64,000 nt of DNA from an uncultured Gemmatimonadales bacterium (GTDB taxonomy: Bacteria > Gemmatimonadota > Gemmatimonadetes > Gemmatimonadales > GWC2-71-9), in assembly GCA_963695555.1 (NCBI GenBank), contig CAVOGR010000005.1, positions 256,001 through 320,000 on the forward strand. The letters are read 5' to 3'. Below are positions 10,198 to 23,925 of the stretch, piece by piece (position 1 is the first letter of the stretch; each line of letters opens with the position of its first letter). A program made the translations under genes and the position numbers. The notes beneath the pieces are model-generated. The model had not been told where the DNA came from and did not search any database. It saw nothing but the letters and a program-made list of their open reading frames with translations.

Positions 10198-10662
10198 GTG
10201 ACACTGAACGTGGCTCTGATCGAACCGCTCATCCCGCCCAACACAGGCAACATCGCCCGGCTCACGGCGGCGACCGACAGTGCCCTGCACCTGATTGAGC
10301 CGCTGGGCTTCTCGCTGGACGACCGGGAGGTGCGCCGGGCCGGCCTGGATTATTGGGACGCGGTGGATCTCTGGGTCCATCCCCATTGGCGCGCCTTTCG
10401 GGAGGCGATGGATCGGGAGCGGTGCTTCTACTTCACATCCAAGGCCGAACAACCGTTCTGGTCCGCGCCGTTCGGTCCCAACAGCTGCCTCGTCTTCGGG
10501 AATGAGACCGACGGCATGCCGGCGCGAATATTGGAAAAGCACCCGGAGCGTTGTTACCGCATTCCGATGACCGCGCAGGTCCGGAGTCTCAATCTGGCGA
10601 CGGCGGTCGCGATCGTGTTGTATGAAGCGATCCGGCAGTGCAACAAGCACTCCGTGGCGTGA
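10198..10662 (+). CDS. trmL: tRNA (cytidine(34)-2'-O)-methyltransferase
   Basis: PPNTGNIAR, RRAGLDYW, FGNETDG, RSLNLATA (SPOUT family). Confidence 0.93.
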   Translation: MTLNVALIEPLIPPNTGNIARLTAATDSALHLIEPLGFSLDDREVRRAGLDYWDAVDLWVHPHWRAFREAMDRERCFYFTSKAEQPFWSAPFGPNSCLVFGNETDGMPARILEKHPERCYRIPMTAQVRSLNLATAVAIVLYEAIRQCNKHSVA

Positions 10663-10767
10663 GCTGGCGGCCACCGGCCCCGCTAGCTGCCCGGCCCTGA
10701 ACCGTTTACATTGTCTTGCACCCGCACCGATCCACCCCCCTTCCGAAAATATGAAAGCGGGCCTGCA

Positions 10768-11695
<928 letters not shown>

Positions 11696-11707
11696 GGCGC
11701 ACGTCGC

Positions 11708-12364
11708 ATGGGCTGGGCGCTCCGGTTCTACCGCTCCACGATCGGGAAAAAGATCCTGATGGCTGTCACGGGCCTAATCTGGGTCCTGTTCGTGATCGAG
11801 CATATGGCCGGCAACCTCCTGACATTGAAGAGTCCTGAGGCAATCAACGGGTACGCAGCCCTGCTCAAGTCGTCCGATGAGATCCTCTGGGCCTTCCGGA
11901 TTGTGCTGTTTGTCGCGTTGGTCGTGCACGTGGACAGCATGCTCAAGCTGACCGCGCGCAACTGGACCAGCCGACGGGCTCGGTACGCCAAGGTTGCGCA
12001 TCAGACGTCCAGCCCCGCCTCGAGGACCATGCGGTGGGGTGGGGTGTTCTTGATCCTGTGGCTGGTCTATCACATTCTGCATTTCACCACGGGGCAGGTG
12101 CACCCCGACTTTAGCCACACCGATGTGTACAACAACGTGACCGTGGCCTTTCAGAGCGGAGGCAAGGTGGCGCTTTACGGTGCCGCCATGGTAGCGCTCG
12201 GGTTCCATCTGTATCACGGCGCTTGGAGCATGTTTCAAACGGTGGGGGCGAATCATCCGCATGTCGAGAAGCCCCGCCGCTGGCTGGCAACCGCGATCGC
12301 GATCTTGATACCGCTCGGGTTCATTACGGTACCGCTCGCGATCTACTTCGGGATCATCGGCTAG
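11708..12364 (+). CDS. sdhC: Succinate dehydrogenase/fumarate reductase cytochrome b subunit (single membrane anchor)
   Basis: [13 protein letters not shown], five hydrophobic segments with His ligands (EHMAGN, VHV, YHILHF, FHLYHG). Confidence 0.9.
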   Translation: MGWALRFYRSTIGKKILMAVTGLIWVLFVIEHMAGNLLTLKSPEAINGYAALLKSSDEILWAFRIVLFVALVVHVDSMLKLTARNWTSRRARYAKVAHQTSSPASRTMRWGGVFLILWLVYHILHFTTGQVHPDFSHTDVYNNVTVAFQSGGKVALYGAAMVALGFHLYHGAWSMFQTVGANHPHVEKPRRWLATAIAILIPLGFITVPLAIYFGIIG

Positions 12365-12384
12365 ACCGAGGGACGGCATTCGCA

Positions 12385-14298
<1,914 letters not shown>

Positions 14299-14300
14299 CC

Positions 14301-15050
14301 ATGAAACTCACGCTCCACGTCTGGCGACAGACCGGTCCCCACGATGCGGGCCGGCTGGTCACGTACGACGTCCCCGACGCAAGCCCGGACATGTCGTTCC
14401 TGGAGATGCTGGACGTGGTGAACGAGCGGCTGATCGAGCGGGGCGAGGAGCCCATCGCGTTCGACCACGATTGCCGTGAAGGGATTTGTGGATCGTGCAG
14501 CCTCATGATCAACGGCGTGCCGCACGGCCCGCGTCGCGGCACGGCGTCGTGCCAGCTGCATATGCGGACCTTCAAGGACGGCGACCACATCTGGGTTGAG
14601 CCGTTCCGCGCCCGTGCGTTCCCCATCGTCCGTGATCTCGTGGTCGACCGCTCCGCCTTCGACCGAGTGATCCAGGCAGGCGGATTCATCGGCGTGTCGA
14701 CCGGAAGCGCCCCCGACGCCCACGCCATCCCGATCGCCAAAGCCGCCGCCGACCGGGCCATGGACGCCGCTGCGTGCATCGGGTGCGGTGCGTGTGTCGC
14801 CGCCTGTCCCAACGCCTCCGCCATGTTGTTCACTGCGGCCAAGGTGAGCCATCTCGGGCTCCTGCCGCAGGGGCAACCGGAGCGAATGCGGCGAGCCCTG
14901 GCGATGGTGTCGCAAATGGACCTCGAGCATTTTGGCGGCTGCACCAACTACGGTGAGTGCACCGCCGCGTGCCCCAAGGAGATCCCGCTCGAGATGATCG
15001 CACGGCTCAACCGCGACTACCTCAAGGCGACCCTGGTCGCCCGTGACTAG
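14301..15050 (+). CDS. sdhB: Succinate dehydrogenase/fumarate reductase iron-sulfur subunit
   Basis: [33 protein letters not shown]. Confidence 0.96.
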   Translation: MKLTLHVWRQTGPHDAGRLVTYDVPDASPDMSFLEMLDVVNERLIERGEEPIAFDHDCREGICGSCSLMINGVPHGPRRGTASCQLHMRTFKDGDHIWVEPFRARAFPIVRDLVVDRSAFDRVIQAGGFIGVSTGSAPDAHAIPIAKAAADRAMDAAACIGCGACVAACPNASAMLFTAAKVSHLGLLPQGQPERMRRALAMVSQMDLEHFGGCTNYGECTAACPKEIPLEMIARLNRDYLKATLVARD

Positions 15051-15123
15051 GAGACAATGGGCGAAGGTGTGCACAAAGGCCCGCTGACTCCCGTCCTAGA
15101 ACTAACCGACACAGGATAGACGC

Positions 15124-16364
15124 ATTCGACCGCTGGCCCTTACCACCGCGCTCTCCGCGGCGGCCGTACCGCTCGTGTCTCAAGTTCCCGCGACGCCGTG
15201 GATCGAGGCGCGCCTCGATGTGAGTCCCGTGCACGCGACGGTCGATCCGGTGCCGGGCGGCGGATCGCTGAGTGAGTTCCGGCTGGCCCGTCCCACCGTC
15301 GCCGTCGAGGCCGGAGTCCTGGGCGACAAGCTCAGGCTCCGGAGCGCCGTCATCCTCGAAGGATGGACCATCAGCGACGGCGAGCTGTCTCTCGGTGCCT
15401 TTGGCGAGGGGTTCGTCGACCGGCGGCATCCCCACACCTACGTCCACGAACTCATGCTGTCCGCCGACGATCTCCTCGGGTCACTCGACGGGGCGCGCGT
15501 GTGTCCCTCGCCGTAGGCAAGGGATTCGTCGCGTTCGGCACCGACGACCCGATGAGCCGCCCGGCGCTGCGCTTTCCCGTCAATCATCACTGGAGCCAAG
15601 TGCTGGAGCGAGCGGTGACTACCGTGGGTGTCAAGGTGGGTCCGGTCGCGGTGGAGGGCAGCCTGTTCAACGGCGACGAACCGGAAGAGCCGGGTCAGTG
15701 GCCCCGGATCGGGAATCGCTTCGGCGACTCACGGGCGCTCAGGGTGACGGTATTCCCCGCCACGGGAATTGAACTCCAAGGTTCCCACGCGGTCGTCGCC
15801 TCGCCGGAGCAACGCGAAGGAGCAGGGCCGGACCAATTCAAATGGAGTACCTCGGCGCGGTGGGCCCGACCGATCGCCGGTCGCCCTGCCTACGCCCTCA
15901 TGGAATGGGCCAGGACCTCTGAGCTGGATGGCGCCTTCGTGTTCTCCACCTTCCTTGCGGAAGGCCAGTACCGGATTGGACGGCACCGGATGTACTACCA
16001 GTTCGAGCGCACTGAGCGCCCCGAAGAGGAGCGCCAGCTCGACCTGTTTCGCACCGTGCGGCCTCACCACGACGACAATCTGCTCGGTGTCACCCGCTGG
16101 ACGATCCACACCTTAGGCTATGGCGCCAACTTCTCGCGCTGGGCGAACGTGCGTCTCGAGCCGTTCGTCGAGCTCTCGTTGGGCAGGGTGAGCCGGGTTG
16201 GAGCCGGGCTGTTCGATCCCGAGGCGTTCTATGGCCGGCGGTCGCTCACGTCGCTGAGCATCGGTGCGAGGCTCGCATGGGCATCGGCCGGTGGGATGGA
16301 GCACCGAATGGGTCGCTACGGCGTCGTGGCCATGCCGCGTCACTCGGGCACCCACGATCACTAG
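15124..16364 (+). CDS. Exported hypothetical protein, putative outer-membrane beta-barrel with His-rich motifs; frameshift near 15490; proposed ATT start
   Basis: Signal-peptide-like (M)RPLALTTALSAAAVPLVSQ. ORF 15175-15516 (GEGFVDRRHPHTYVHELML) joins ORF 15363-16364 (GKGFVAFGTDDP...) if one base is added at the GGGG run. Alternating beta-strand-like pattern. Confidence 0.6.
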
Positions 16365-16387
16365 CTGAGCGGATAGAAGGGGCTGAG

Positions 16388-18181
16388 ATGCAAAGGGCCA
16401 GAACCTCTGACTGGTTGCACACCGGAGTGGCGTCGATCCTCATCCTTGTCGCGTCCGGATGCGGGTCGAACGAAAGCACTACCGGTCCGCCTCCACCGCC
16501 TCCACCCCCACCCCCGCCGTCCGTGAACAGCTTGGTCGTTGCGGCGGGCGATAGCCAAGTCGGAACGGTGGCGGCAGGCTTGACCGAGCCACTCACGGTG
16601 CGGGTGGAAGCCAGCAACGGGCAGCCCGTGAGCGGAGTGTCGGTGAGTTGGTCTGTGGTGGCGGGCGGGGGAACGCTATCCTCGGTCGCATCCTCGAGCG
16701 ACGCATCAGGCCTTACCACTGTGTCCTACACCCTGGGCACGACTGCCGGCATGCAGAGAGTCCGTGCGTCGATTGCAGGCACATCCACCACGGCCACCTT
16801 CACGGTTACCGCGCGAGCTGGTCCGTCGGCGACACTGGCTGTGGTGGCCGGCAATGACCAGGCCGGGCCGAGCGGTGCAGCACTGCCGGTCGCGTACCGC
16901 ATTCGTGTCGATGATCAGTACGGCAACGTGGTCGAGGGAGCCACCGTGGCCTGGACAATGGTCAAGGGAGGGGGAAGTGTCGCCGCGATGTCTTCGGTGA
17001 CGGATGCCTCGGGCACGGCGTCGGTCATCCACACGCTTGGCCCACAGGGAGGAGGGCAAGTGGTGGCCGCAGCTGTTCAGGGCACCGCGGTCACCGCCGT
17101 GCGATTCCATGCGACCGCCCGCTCCGCCTTCACGATCACGGCCGGAGGCTCCAACGTGACCGAGCGATTCGGGTCGGATCTCTGGGTCCACGGCGGCTAC
17201 GGCTACAGCGGAACGTGGGGCAACCGCAACGGCACCCCGGGCAATGCGGTCAAGATCTGGCAACTCGATCCGTCGGGGGCGCCGTCATTGATCGACAGTG
17301 TGGTGACGGCCGGCATCAGTACCGTCAGCGACGTGGAAGTGAGCGCCGACGGAAGCGTGCTCATGTTCAGTGCGGAGGGTGGGCCGAATGCCGGGCTGTA
17401 CATCTATCGGCTCACCGATCCGCGCAGCCCGACCTTTGTAGGCAGAGCGCTGGTATCGACAGGGCTCCACACGGCGACCTTCGGGTATATCGACGGGAAC
17501 ACGTATGCTTTTGCGGCCAAGAATCCCGGCAGCCCGGCACTGCTGATCTACCAGATCGACGCGACCGCACCCAATCCCATTACGCTCGTGTCCACCACAC
17601 CGATCCCGCCGGCCTACGGCATTCACGACACCTTCGTCCGCGACGGCATCGCCGTCGTCTCGGCCTGGGATACCGGTGTCATCGTGTACGACGTTGGGAA
17701 CGGACTGCGCGGCGGCACGACGAGCAACCCGCTCGAGATCAGCCGCATCGCCACGGCCAACGGGAATTCCCACAACGCCTGGTGGTTCCATAACCCGAAT
17801 ACCGCTGAGCGGCGCTACATGTTTGTTGGTGAGGAAGGCCCCGGCGTGGTCGGGGGGGCCGCCTCCGGCGATATCCACGTCGTCGATGTGTCGGCCCTCA
17901 GCGCGCCGCGTGAAGTTGCCACCTTCAGCGTCGCCGGAGCGGGGACCCACAACTTCTGGATGGACGAGCAAGCGGAAGTGCTGTATGCTGCCTACTATAA
18001 TGCCGGGATCGTGGCCATCGATGTCTCGGGCGACTTGAGTGGCGACCTGGCCATCCGGGAGATCGCGAGGATCCAACCCGGAGGAACCGCCAACACCTTC
18101 ACGTGGGGAGTGCAGCTCTATCAAGGGTCCGTCTACGCCGTCGACATGCTCTCGGGGTTCTGGCAGCTCTCGCGTCCCTAG
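16388..18181 (+). CDS. Lipoprotein with poly-Pro linker, two bacterial Ig-like (Big_1/invasin-type) domains and a C-terminal LVIVD-type beta-propeller
   Basis: Lipobox VASGC, Pro10 run, repeated GDSQ/GNDQ..V.V....G.PV.G..V.W....GGG modules, then HDTFVRDG, GVIVYDV, IHVVDVS...P, GIVAIDVS. Confidence 0.75.
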   Translation: MQRARTSDWLHTGVASILILVASGCGSNESTTGPPPPPPPPPPPSVNSLVVAAGDSQVGTVAAGLTEPLTVRVEASNGQPVSGVSVSWSVVAGGGTLSSVASSSDASGLTTVSYTLGTTAGMQRVRASIAGTSTTATFTVTARAGPSATLAVVAGNDQAGPSGAALPVAYRIRVDDQYGNVVEGATVAWTMVKGGGSVAAMSSVTDASGTASVIHTLGPQGGGQVVAAAVQGTAVTAVRFHATARSAFTITAGGSNVTERFGSDLWVHGGYGYSGTWGNRNGTPGNAVKIWQLDPSGAPSLIDSVVTAGISTVSDVEVSADGSVLMFSAEGGPNAGLYIYRLTDPRSPTFVGRALVSTGLHTATFGYIDGNTYAFAAKNPGSPALLIYQIDATAPNPITLVSTTPIPPAYGIHDTFVRDGIAVVSAWDTGVIVYDVGNGLRGGTTSNPLEISRIATANGNSHNAWWFHNPNTAERRYMFVGEEGPGVVGGAASGDIHVVDVSALSAPREVATFSVAGAGTHNFWMDEQAEVLYAAYYNAGIVAIDVSGDLSGDLAIREIARIQPGGTANTFTWGVQLYQGSVYAVDMLSGFWQLSRP

Positions 18182-18194
18182 CCGGGGCTCTGGC

Positions 18195-20321
18195 GTGCCC
18201 GAGTGGGCCTGGGTGAGCGGAATCGGCGTTGCCGTGCTGCTCCTCGCCCAGCCGCTGGGCGCGCAGGGACGACTCGCGGGCTTCTCACCGTCCGCGAGCG
18301 TCGAGGAACGTGCGCTCGAAGCGGAGCTCTCGCGCGTTCCCGATTCGGCGAGCGCGCGATCACATTCGCGGGCGCTGGCCTCGCGCGCACACGTGGCCGG
18401 CACGCCGGCTCAGCGCCGCACCGCCGACTACGTCCTGGAACATATGGCGCATTGGGGACTCGACACGAGCCGGGTCGAATTCCGGGTCTTCCTGCCGTTC
18501 CACGACTCGACGGTCGTCGAGCTCGTGGCTCCCGAACGCGTTCGCCTTGTCCTCGAGGAGGCCGCCGAGCCGTCCGACTCGGCCACGCTCGACGGCATCT
18601 GGCCGGCGATGAACGGCTATAGCGGTTCCGGAGACGTCACGGCCGCGGTGGTCTACGTCAACTACGGCCTCCCCGAGGACTACGCGGCGCTGGACTCGAT
18701 GGGCGTGCGGGTCGAGGGCCGGGTGGTGGTCGCACGGTACGGCAGGAGCTTTCGCGGCATCAAGGCCAGGGAGGCGGAGCGCAACGGCGCGGCGGCGCTC
18801 TTGCTCTACTCGGATCCCCAGGACGACGGCTACTTCCGCGGCGACGTCTATCCCGACGGGCCCATGCGTCCGGAGTCGGCGGTGCAACGCGGCAGTCTCT
18901 TCAACGATCGCGGCGATCCGTCGACACCGGGATGGCCTTCAACCGACGACGCGCACCGTCTGCCGCGTGATTCGATGGAGTTGCCGCGGATCCCCGTTGT
19001 GCCGCTGAGCTACGGCAATGCTGCCCACCTGCTTCGCCCGCTCGATGGCCCGTCCGTGCCCCAGGCCTGGCAGGGTGGGCTGCCTTTCCGGTATCACGTC
19101 GGGGCCGGCAACGTGCTTGCGCGAGTGGCGGTCTGGCCCGAAGAAGGGGAGCGGGCATACAAGACCATCGTGAACACCTTCGGCATCATCCGAGGAGCGG
19201 AGTGGCCCGACGAGTTGGTCATCACGGGTGGCCATCGCGACGCCTGGGGACCCGGCGCGGCGGACAACGTGAGCGGTATCGTGAGCATCCTCGAGGCGGC
19301 GCGCGCCTGGGGAGATGCAGCCGCCCGGGGCCGTCCTCCGAAGCGTACCCTGATCTTCGCGACTTGGGATGCGGAAGAATGGGCGCTGGTCGGGTCCGTG
19401 GAGTGGGTGGAGCTCATGGCGGAGCGGTTGCGGGAGCATGCCGTCGCCTACATCAACCAGGATGTGGCCGCGATCGGGCGAAACTTCGGCGCGGCCGGCA
19501 CGGCCTCGTTGCACCCCTTCATTCGCGATGTGGCGGCAACGGTCCAGCAGCCCGGCGACACGGTGTCGGTCTATCAGGGGTGGCGAACAGCCCAAGAACT
19601 GGACGACACGGCCGAAGTGAGGATCGGGGACCTGGGCGGCGGCAGTGACTTCGCGGGTTTCTACAACCACTTGGGGATTCCGTCGCTCGGTTTCGGGTTC
19701 GGCGGCCCCTATGGCGTCTACCATGCGGCGTACGACAGCTATCGCTGGATGGAGCGATTCGGCGACACCGACTTCACCAGCCATGCGGCGGCCGGCCGCG
19801 TGCTCGCGATCATGCTGGGCCGGTTGGCGAATGCGTCGGTGGTACCCTTTGATTACATGGCCTTCGGGCGGTACCTGAGCGATTTGGTGGAGCGGACGGC
19901 AGCCACGCACGAGGAGATCGGCTGGGCTGCCCCCGCGCTCGACCGCCTCGGGAGGACGGCCAGCCACTTCACTCAGCGTGGGACGTCGTTCGACGAGACG
20001 CGGGTCCGGGCACTCACCGCAGAATCGGGCGCGCCCGTGTCGCCATCCGTCCTGGCCGAGGTCAACGCCATGCTGCGGGAGGTGGAGCGGGACCTCACCC
20101 GGGCGGAGGGCTTGGCAGGGCGGCCCTGGATGCGAAACCTGATCTTTGCCGCGGATCGAAACAACGGCTATGCCGATATCGCCTTCCCGGCCATCACCGA
20201 GGCCCTGGAAGACGGCGACCCTGCCCGGGCAGAGGCAGAGGTCGATGAGATGATTGCGAGAATCGGGCGGGCGGGGGCCCACCTCGAAGCCGCCCGGACA
20301 TTGCTCGAGAAGGGGCGCTAG
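18195..20321 (+). CDS. M28 family peptidase, glutamate carboxypeptidase II-like (PA domain plus transferrin-receptor dimerisation domain), exported
   Basis: HVAGT, YVNYG, ARYG..FRG.K, VQRGS, GHRDAW..GAADN.SG, WDAEE..L.GS.EW, GSDF, YHAAYD. Start approximate. Confidence 0.9.
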   Translation: MPEWAWVSGIGVAVLLLAQPLGAQGRLAGFSPSASVEERALEAELSRVPDSASARSHSRALASRAHVAGTPAQRRTADYVLEHMAHWGLDTSRVEFRVFLPFHDSTVVELVAPERVRLVLEEAAEPSDSATLDGIWPAMNGYSGSGDVTAAVVYVNYGLPEDYAALDSMGVRVEGRVVVARYGRSFRGIKAREAERNGAAALLLYSDPQDDGYFRGDVYPDGPMRPESAVQRGSLFNDRGDPSTPGWPSTDDAHRLPRDSMELPRIPVVPLSYGNAAHLLRPLDGPSVPQAWQGGLPFRYHVGAGNVLARVAVWPEEGERAYKTIVNTFGIIRGAEWPDELVITGGHRDAWGPGAADNVSGIVSILEAARAWGDAAARGRPPKRTLIFATWDAEEWALVGSVEWVELMAERLREHAVAYINQDVAAIGRNFGAAGTASLHPFIRDVAATVQQPGDTVSVYQGWRTAQELDDTAEVRIGDLGGGSDFAGFYNHLGIPSLGFGFGGPYGVYHAAYDSYRWMERFGDTDFTSHAAAGRVLAIMLGRLANASVVPFDYMAFGRYLSDLVERTAATHEEIGWAAPALDRLGRTASHFTQRGTSFDETRVRALTAESGAPVSPSVLAEVNAMLREVERDLTRAEGLAGRPWMRNLIFAADRNNGYADIAFPAITEALEDGDPARAEAEVDEMIARIGRAGAHLEAARTLLEKGR

Positions 20322-20878
20322 AGCCTCGGCAGGGTCACACCTCGTTGGCGCTGGTACTTGCCCTTCTTGTCGGCGTAGCTCACTTCACACACGTCATCCT
20401 CATCGGCTTCGAAGAACAGAACCTGACAGATGCCTTCGTTGGCGTAAACCTTGGCAGGGAGCGGCGTCGTGTTCGAGATCTCGAGCGTCACGTGGCCTTC
20501 CCATTCCGGCTCGAAGGGCGTCACATTGGTGATGATCCCGCACCGCGCGTAGGTGGATTTTCCAAGGCAGATGGTGAGCACGTTACGGGGAATGCGGAAG
20601 TATTCGATGCTCCGAGCGAGCGCAAAGCTGTTGGGCGGGACGATGCACACGTCGCCGCCAAACTCGACAAAGCTCCGTTCGTCGAAGTTCTTCGGGTCGA
20701 CCACCGCCGAGAGCACGTTGGTGAAGATCTTGAACTCGGGCGCCACGCGCATGTCGTAGCCATAGGACGAGAGCCCGTAGGATATGGCGTTCTCCCGGAC
20801 CTGGCCCTCGACAAACGGCTCGATCATGCCGTGCTCGCGGGCCATCCGGCGGATCCAGCGGTCGGATTTGATGGACAT
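20318..20878 (-). CDS. dcd: dCTP deaminase
   Basis: [49 protein letters not shown]. Confidence 0.97.
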   Translation of the reverse strand: MSIKSDRWIRRMAREHGMIEPFVEGQVRENAISYGLSSYGYDMRVAPEFKIFTNVLSAVVDPKNFDERSFVEFGGDVCIVPPNSFALARSIEYFRIPRNVLTICLGKSTYARCGIITNVTPFEPEWEGHVTLEISNTTPLPAKVYANEGICQVLFFEADEDDVCEVSYADKKGKYQRQRGVTLPRL

Positions 20879-21004
20879 GGCTCCTCGGCGTGCCTGGTGG
20901 AGTCCTCGCGGACGGGAAGCCCGGGTGGCGGGCGGCTGGAATATAGTGCCTGGGCGGGCTCGCGGCGCCTCCGCCGCAACTGGTTTCGTCCCTGAGGGTT
21001 GTGC

Positions 21005-21033
21005 TTGAAGTCCCCCGCGTCAGGGTGTAAATT
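21005..21033 (+). promoter_or_regulatory. Putative sigma70 promoter of the nuo operon
   Basis: TTGAAG-N17-TAAATT, with GTG immediately upstream of the -10. Confidence 0.65.
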
Positions 21034-21041
21034 GCGCGCTC

Positions 21042-21059
21042 TAGTGAATTTTTTCACTA
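21042..21059. promoter_or_regulatory. Rex-type operator palindrome
   Basis: TAGTGAA-TTTT-TTCACTA is a perfect 7-4-7 inverted repeat matching 12 of 14 defined positions of the Rex consensus TTGTGAA-N4-TTCACAA. Confidence 0.75.
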
Positions 21060-21072
21060 ACTCCGGACCAGC

Positions 21073-21438
21073 ATGCTCCAAGCCTACATTCCGCTCCTGT
21101 TGGTCGTCGCGTTCGTGGTGGTCAACGCGGTCATCATGCTCGGCCTGTCGCACTGGCTGTCGAGTTCGCGACCCACCGGGGTCAAACTGCAGCCGTACGA
21201 ATCCGGCATGCCGGTCCTCGGGGACGCGCGCGAGCGCTTCTCCGTCAAGTTCTATCTCGTGGCCATGTTGTTCATCATTTTCGACATCGAGGTCGTCTTC
21301 CTGTTCCCGTGGGCGGTAGCGTTCAACCAGTTGCCTGCCCAGTCGGGGCTCCTGCTCGTGGCGATGCTGATCTTCCTCGGGGTGTTGACGGCGGGTTTCA
21401 TCTACGCGTGGAAGCGGGGGGCGCTCGAATGGTCGTAA
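21073..21438 (+). CDS. nuoA: NADH-quinone oxidoreductase subunit A
   Basis: [24 protein letters not shown]. Confidence 0.97.
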   Translation: MLQAYIPLLLVVAFVVVNAVIMLGLSHWLSSSRPTGVKLQPYESGMPVLGDARERFSVKFYLVAMLFIIFDIEVVFLFPWAVAFNQLPAQSGLLLVAMLIFLGVLTAGFIYAWKRGALEWS

Positions 21439-22040
21439 CACCGCCGGCTGGTGGCGTGGAACTGAGCGCGGTTTCGCCGAACTGGGTCACCACCCGGCTC
21501 GATTTCCTGTCCAACTGGGCCCGGTCGAACTCGCTCTGGCCCATGCCGTTCGGCACGGCGTGCTGCGCCATCGAGTTCATGGCCACCGCCGCCAGCCGGT
21601 TCGATTTGGCCCGGTTTGGCATGGAGCGCATGAGCTACTCGCCCCGCCAGGCGGACGTGTTGATCTGTGCGGGCCGGCTGCCCTTCAAGCTGGCACCCGT
21701 TATCAGGCGGATTTGGGACCAGATGCCGCAACCGAAGTGGTCCATCTCCATGGGAGCGTGCGCATCGACGGGCGGCATCTTCGACAACTACGCCATGGTG
21801 CAGGGGATCGACACGATCATTCCGGTCGACGTCTACGTGCCCGGCTGCCCGCCGCGTCCGGAAGGACTGGTGTACGGCATCATGCTGCTCCAGAAGAAGA
21901 TCAAGGGTGAGTCCTTCACCGATCCGGATCTTCGCCAGGAGCATCTGCTGGACGACGCCGGCATGTTCCTGCCGCCGGAACGGGTGGATGAACTCTCGGA
22001 GCCGTTCGGCAACTCCATCCATCAAACGCGCTCCGGATGA
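21429..22040 (+). CDS. nuoB: NADH-quinone oxidoreductase subunit B
   Basis: [30 protein letters not shown]. Confidence 0.97.
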   Translation: MVVTPPAGGVELSAVSPNWVTTRLDFLSNWARSNSLWPMPFGTACCAIEFMATAASRFDLARFGMERMSYSPRQADVLICAGRLPFKLAPVIRRIWDQMPQPKWSISMGACASTGGIFDNYAMVQGIDTIIPVDVYVPGCPPRPEGLVYGIMLLQKKIKGESFTDPDLRQEHLLDDAGMFLPPERVDELSEPFGNSIHQTRSG

Positions 22041-22654
22041 CCGGCGTCTCGCCTTCGGTTGGCGCCCTGACCGCTGAGTTCGGCTCGGCAATTCTCCGTA
22101 CCGTCGTCTCCTGCGGGGACTCGATCGTGTACGTCACGCGCGAACGAGCCCACGACGTCCTGGCGTGGCTCAAGAACACACCCGGGCAAGAATTCGATTA
22201 CCTAACCGACATCACGGCAGTGGACTATCGAGACCCGGAGCGTCCGCTCGAAGTGGTGTATCAACTCCGATCGCTGGGCCGCAAGGCCGATCTGCGTGTC
22301 AAGATCGCGCTCGATGGATCCGCGCCACTGGACGTGGACTCGGTGTACGACCTGTGGAAGGGGGCGGATTGGCTGGAGCGCGAGGTCTACGACATGTTCG
22401 GCGTCACCTTTGTCGGCCACCCCGATCTGCGTCGGATTCTCATGTGGGAGACGTACGGGGAAGGGTATCCGTTGCGGAAAGACTTCCCGCTGCGGGGCCA
22501 CTTCAGCCGGGCGGAACAGGTGCGGCAGGCGCTGGCCGCCAATCCGGAGGCGCAGTACTCGCTGGAGGAACTGTCGCTGGCGCAGGCGATGCACGACCTG
22601 CCGGCCGATATGACCGAACGGCTGCGCCGCGGTGAGCGGGGGCTGGTGCCATGA
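22037..22654 (+). CDS. nuoC: NADH-quinone oxidoreductase subunit C
   Basis: [26 protein letters not shown]. Confidence 0.96.
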   Translation: MTGVSPSVGALTAEFGSAILRTVVSCGDSIVYVTRERAHDVLAWLKNTPGQEFDYLTDITAVDYRDPERPLEVVYQLRSLGRKADLRVKIALDGSAPLDVDSVYDLWKGADWLEREVYDMFGVTFVGHPDLRRILMWETYGEGYPLRKDFPLRGHFSRAEQVRQALAANPEAQYSLEELSLAQAMHDLPADMTERLRRGERGLVP

Positions 22655-23925
22655 CCCGGCGCACCGTCGAGATGGCGCTGTCGACCCCGGGTCTCGACGC
22701 CCAGGGCCGTCCGGTGTCGTTGCCGCTTGGCGTCACGGGGGGCGAGCCGGGCCAGACGCCGGATGAGCACATGCTGCTCAACATCGGACCGCAGCACCCG
22801 GCGACGCACGGGGTCCTTCGATTGGTCGTAGAGCTCGACGGCGAGGTCGTGCGCCGGGTCATCCCGCACATTGGGTATTTGCACTCGGGGTTCGAAAAGT
22901 TGGGCGAGTACCGGCAGTACAATCAGATCATTCCGCTGACCGACCGGACCGACTACCTGGCGCCCATGGCCAACAACGTGGCGCTGGCGCTGGCGGTCGA
23001 GAAGCTGATGGGCATCGAGATCACCGAACGCTGCAAGGTGCTTCGGGTGATTGCCTGCGAGATGAGTCGCATCATCTCCCACATCGTGTGGCTGGGCACC
23101 ACCGGCATCGATCTCGGAGCGTTCACGCCGTTCCTGTGGTCGTTCCAGGAGCGGGAGCGCATTTACAACCTGCAAGAGGCATGGACCGGGGCGCGGCTCA
23201 CCACCAGCCTGACGCGCGTCGGCGGAATGATGGCCGACATTCCGGAGGGATGGGACCTGGCGCTCCGTGAATTCACCCAGACGTTCCCGAGCGTGCTCGA
23301 CGAAGTCGATACCATGTTCAGTCGGAACGCGATCTGGTGTGGCCGGACCCAGGGAATCGGCGCCATGTCGGCCGAGGACGCCATCAACTACTCCTTGTCG
23401 GGCCCGATGCTCCGCGCGAGCGGTGTCGACTACGATGTCCGGAAGGACCGTCCGTACCTGGATTACGAGACCTACGATTTCGAGGTCCCGGTGGGGGAAC
23501 ACGGCGACATCTACGACCGCTACATGGTGCGACTGGAAGAGATGTATCAGTCGAACCGGATTCTCCAACAGGCATTGGACCGGCTCGAGCCCGGCCCGAT
23601 CAACGTCGACGATCCCCGCGTCATCCTGCCGCCCAAATCGCGCGCCATGAGCGACATGGAAGCCATGATCTTCCACTTCAAGCAGGTCATGGAGGGCATC
23701 AAGCCGCCCGCCGGTGAGGTGTACTTCGGCGCCGAGAACCCCAAGGGCGAGCTGGGCTACTATTTCGTGTCCGACGGCACCGCAAAGCCGGTGCGTTGGC
23801 GTATCCGACCTCCGGCGTTCATCAACCTGGCGGCCCTGCCCGCGCTTTGCGAGGGCGCGCTCCTGGCCGACGTGATCGCCATCAACGCGAGCGTCGACAT
23901 CGTGATGGGGGAAATCGACCGATGA
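22651..23925 (+). CDS. nuoD: NADH-quinone oxidoreductase subunit D
   Basis: NIGPQHPATHGVLR, GYLHSGFEK, ENPKGELG, DIVMGEIDR. Confidence 0.97.
   Translation: MTRRTVEMALSTPGLDAQGRPVSLPLGVTGGEPGQTPDEHMLLNIGPQHPATHGVLRLVVELDGEVVRRVIPHIGYLHSGFEKLGEYRQYNQIIPLTDRTDYLAPMANNVALALAVEKLMGIEITERCKVLRVIACEMSRIISHIVWLGTTGIDLGAFTPFLWSFQERERIYNLQEAWTGARLTTSLTRVGGMMADIPEGWDLALREFTQTFPSVLDEVDTMFSRNAIWCGRTQGIGAMSAEDAINYSLSGPMLRASGVDYDVRKDRPYLDYETYDFEVPVGEHGDIYDRYMVRLEEMYQSNRILQQALDRLEPGPINVDDPRVILPPKSRAMSDMEAMIFHFKQVMEGIKPPAGEVYFGAENPKGELGYYFVSDGTAKPVRWRIRPPAFINLAALPALCEGALLADVIAINASVDIVMGEIDR

Noticed and set aside
8461..10662. MoaD as a stand-alone ubiquitin-like or tRNA-thiolation system linked to trmL
   Set aside because: The moaD-moaE-moaA context is fully explained by molybdopterin biosynthesis, and there is no E1-like or JAB gene nearby.
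16487..16519. C-rich low-complexity tract
   Set aside because: It encodes the poly-proline linker after the lipobox with mixed codons, so it is not a DNA-level repeat element.
20318..20321. Convergent stops of the peptidase and dcd sharing one CTAG
   Set aside because: A common compact overlap with no further structure.
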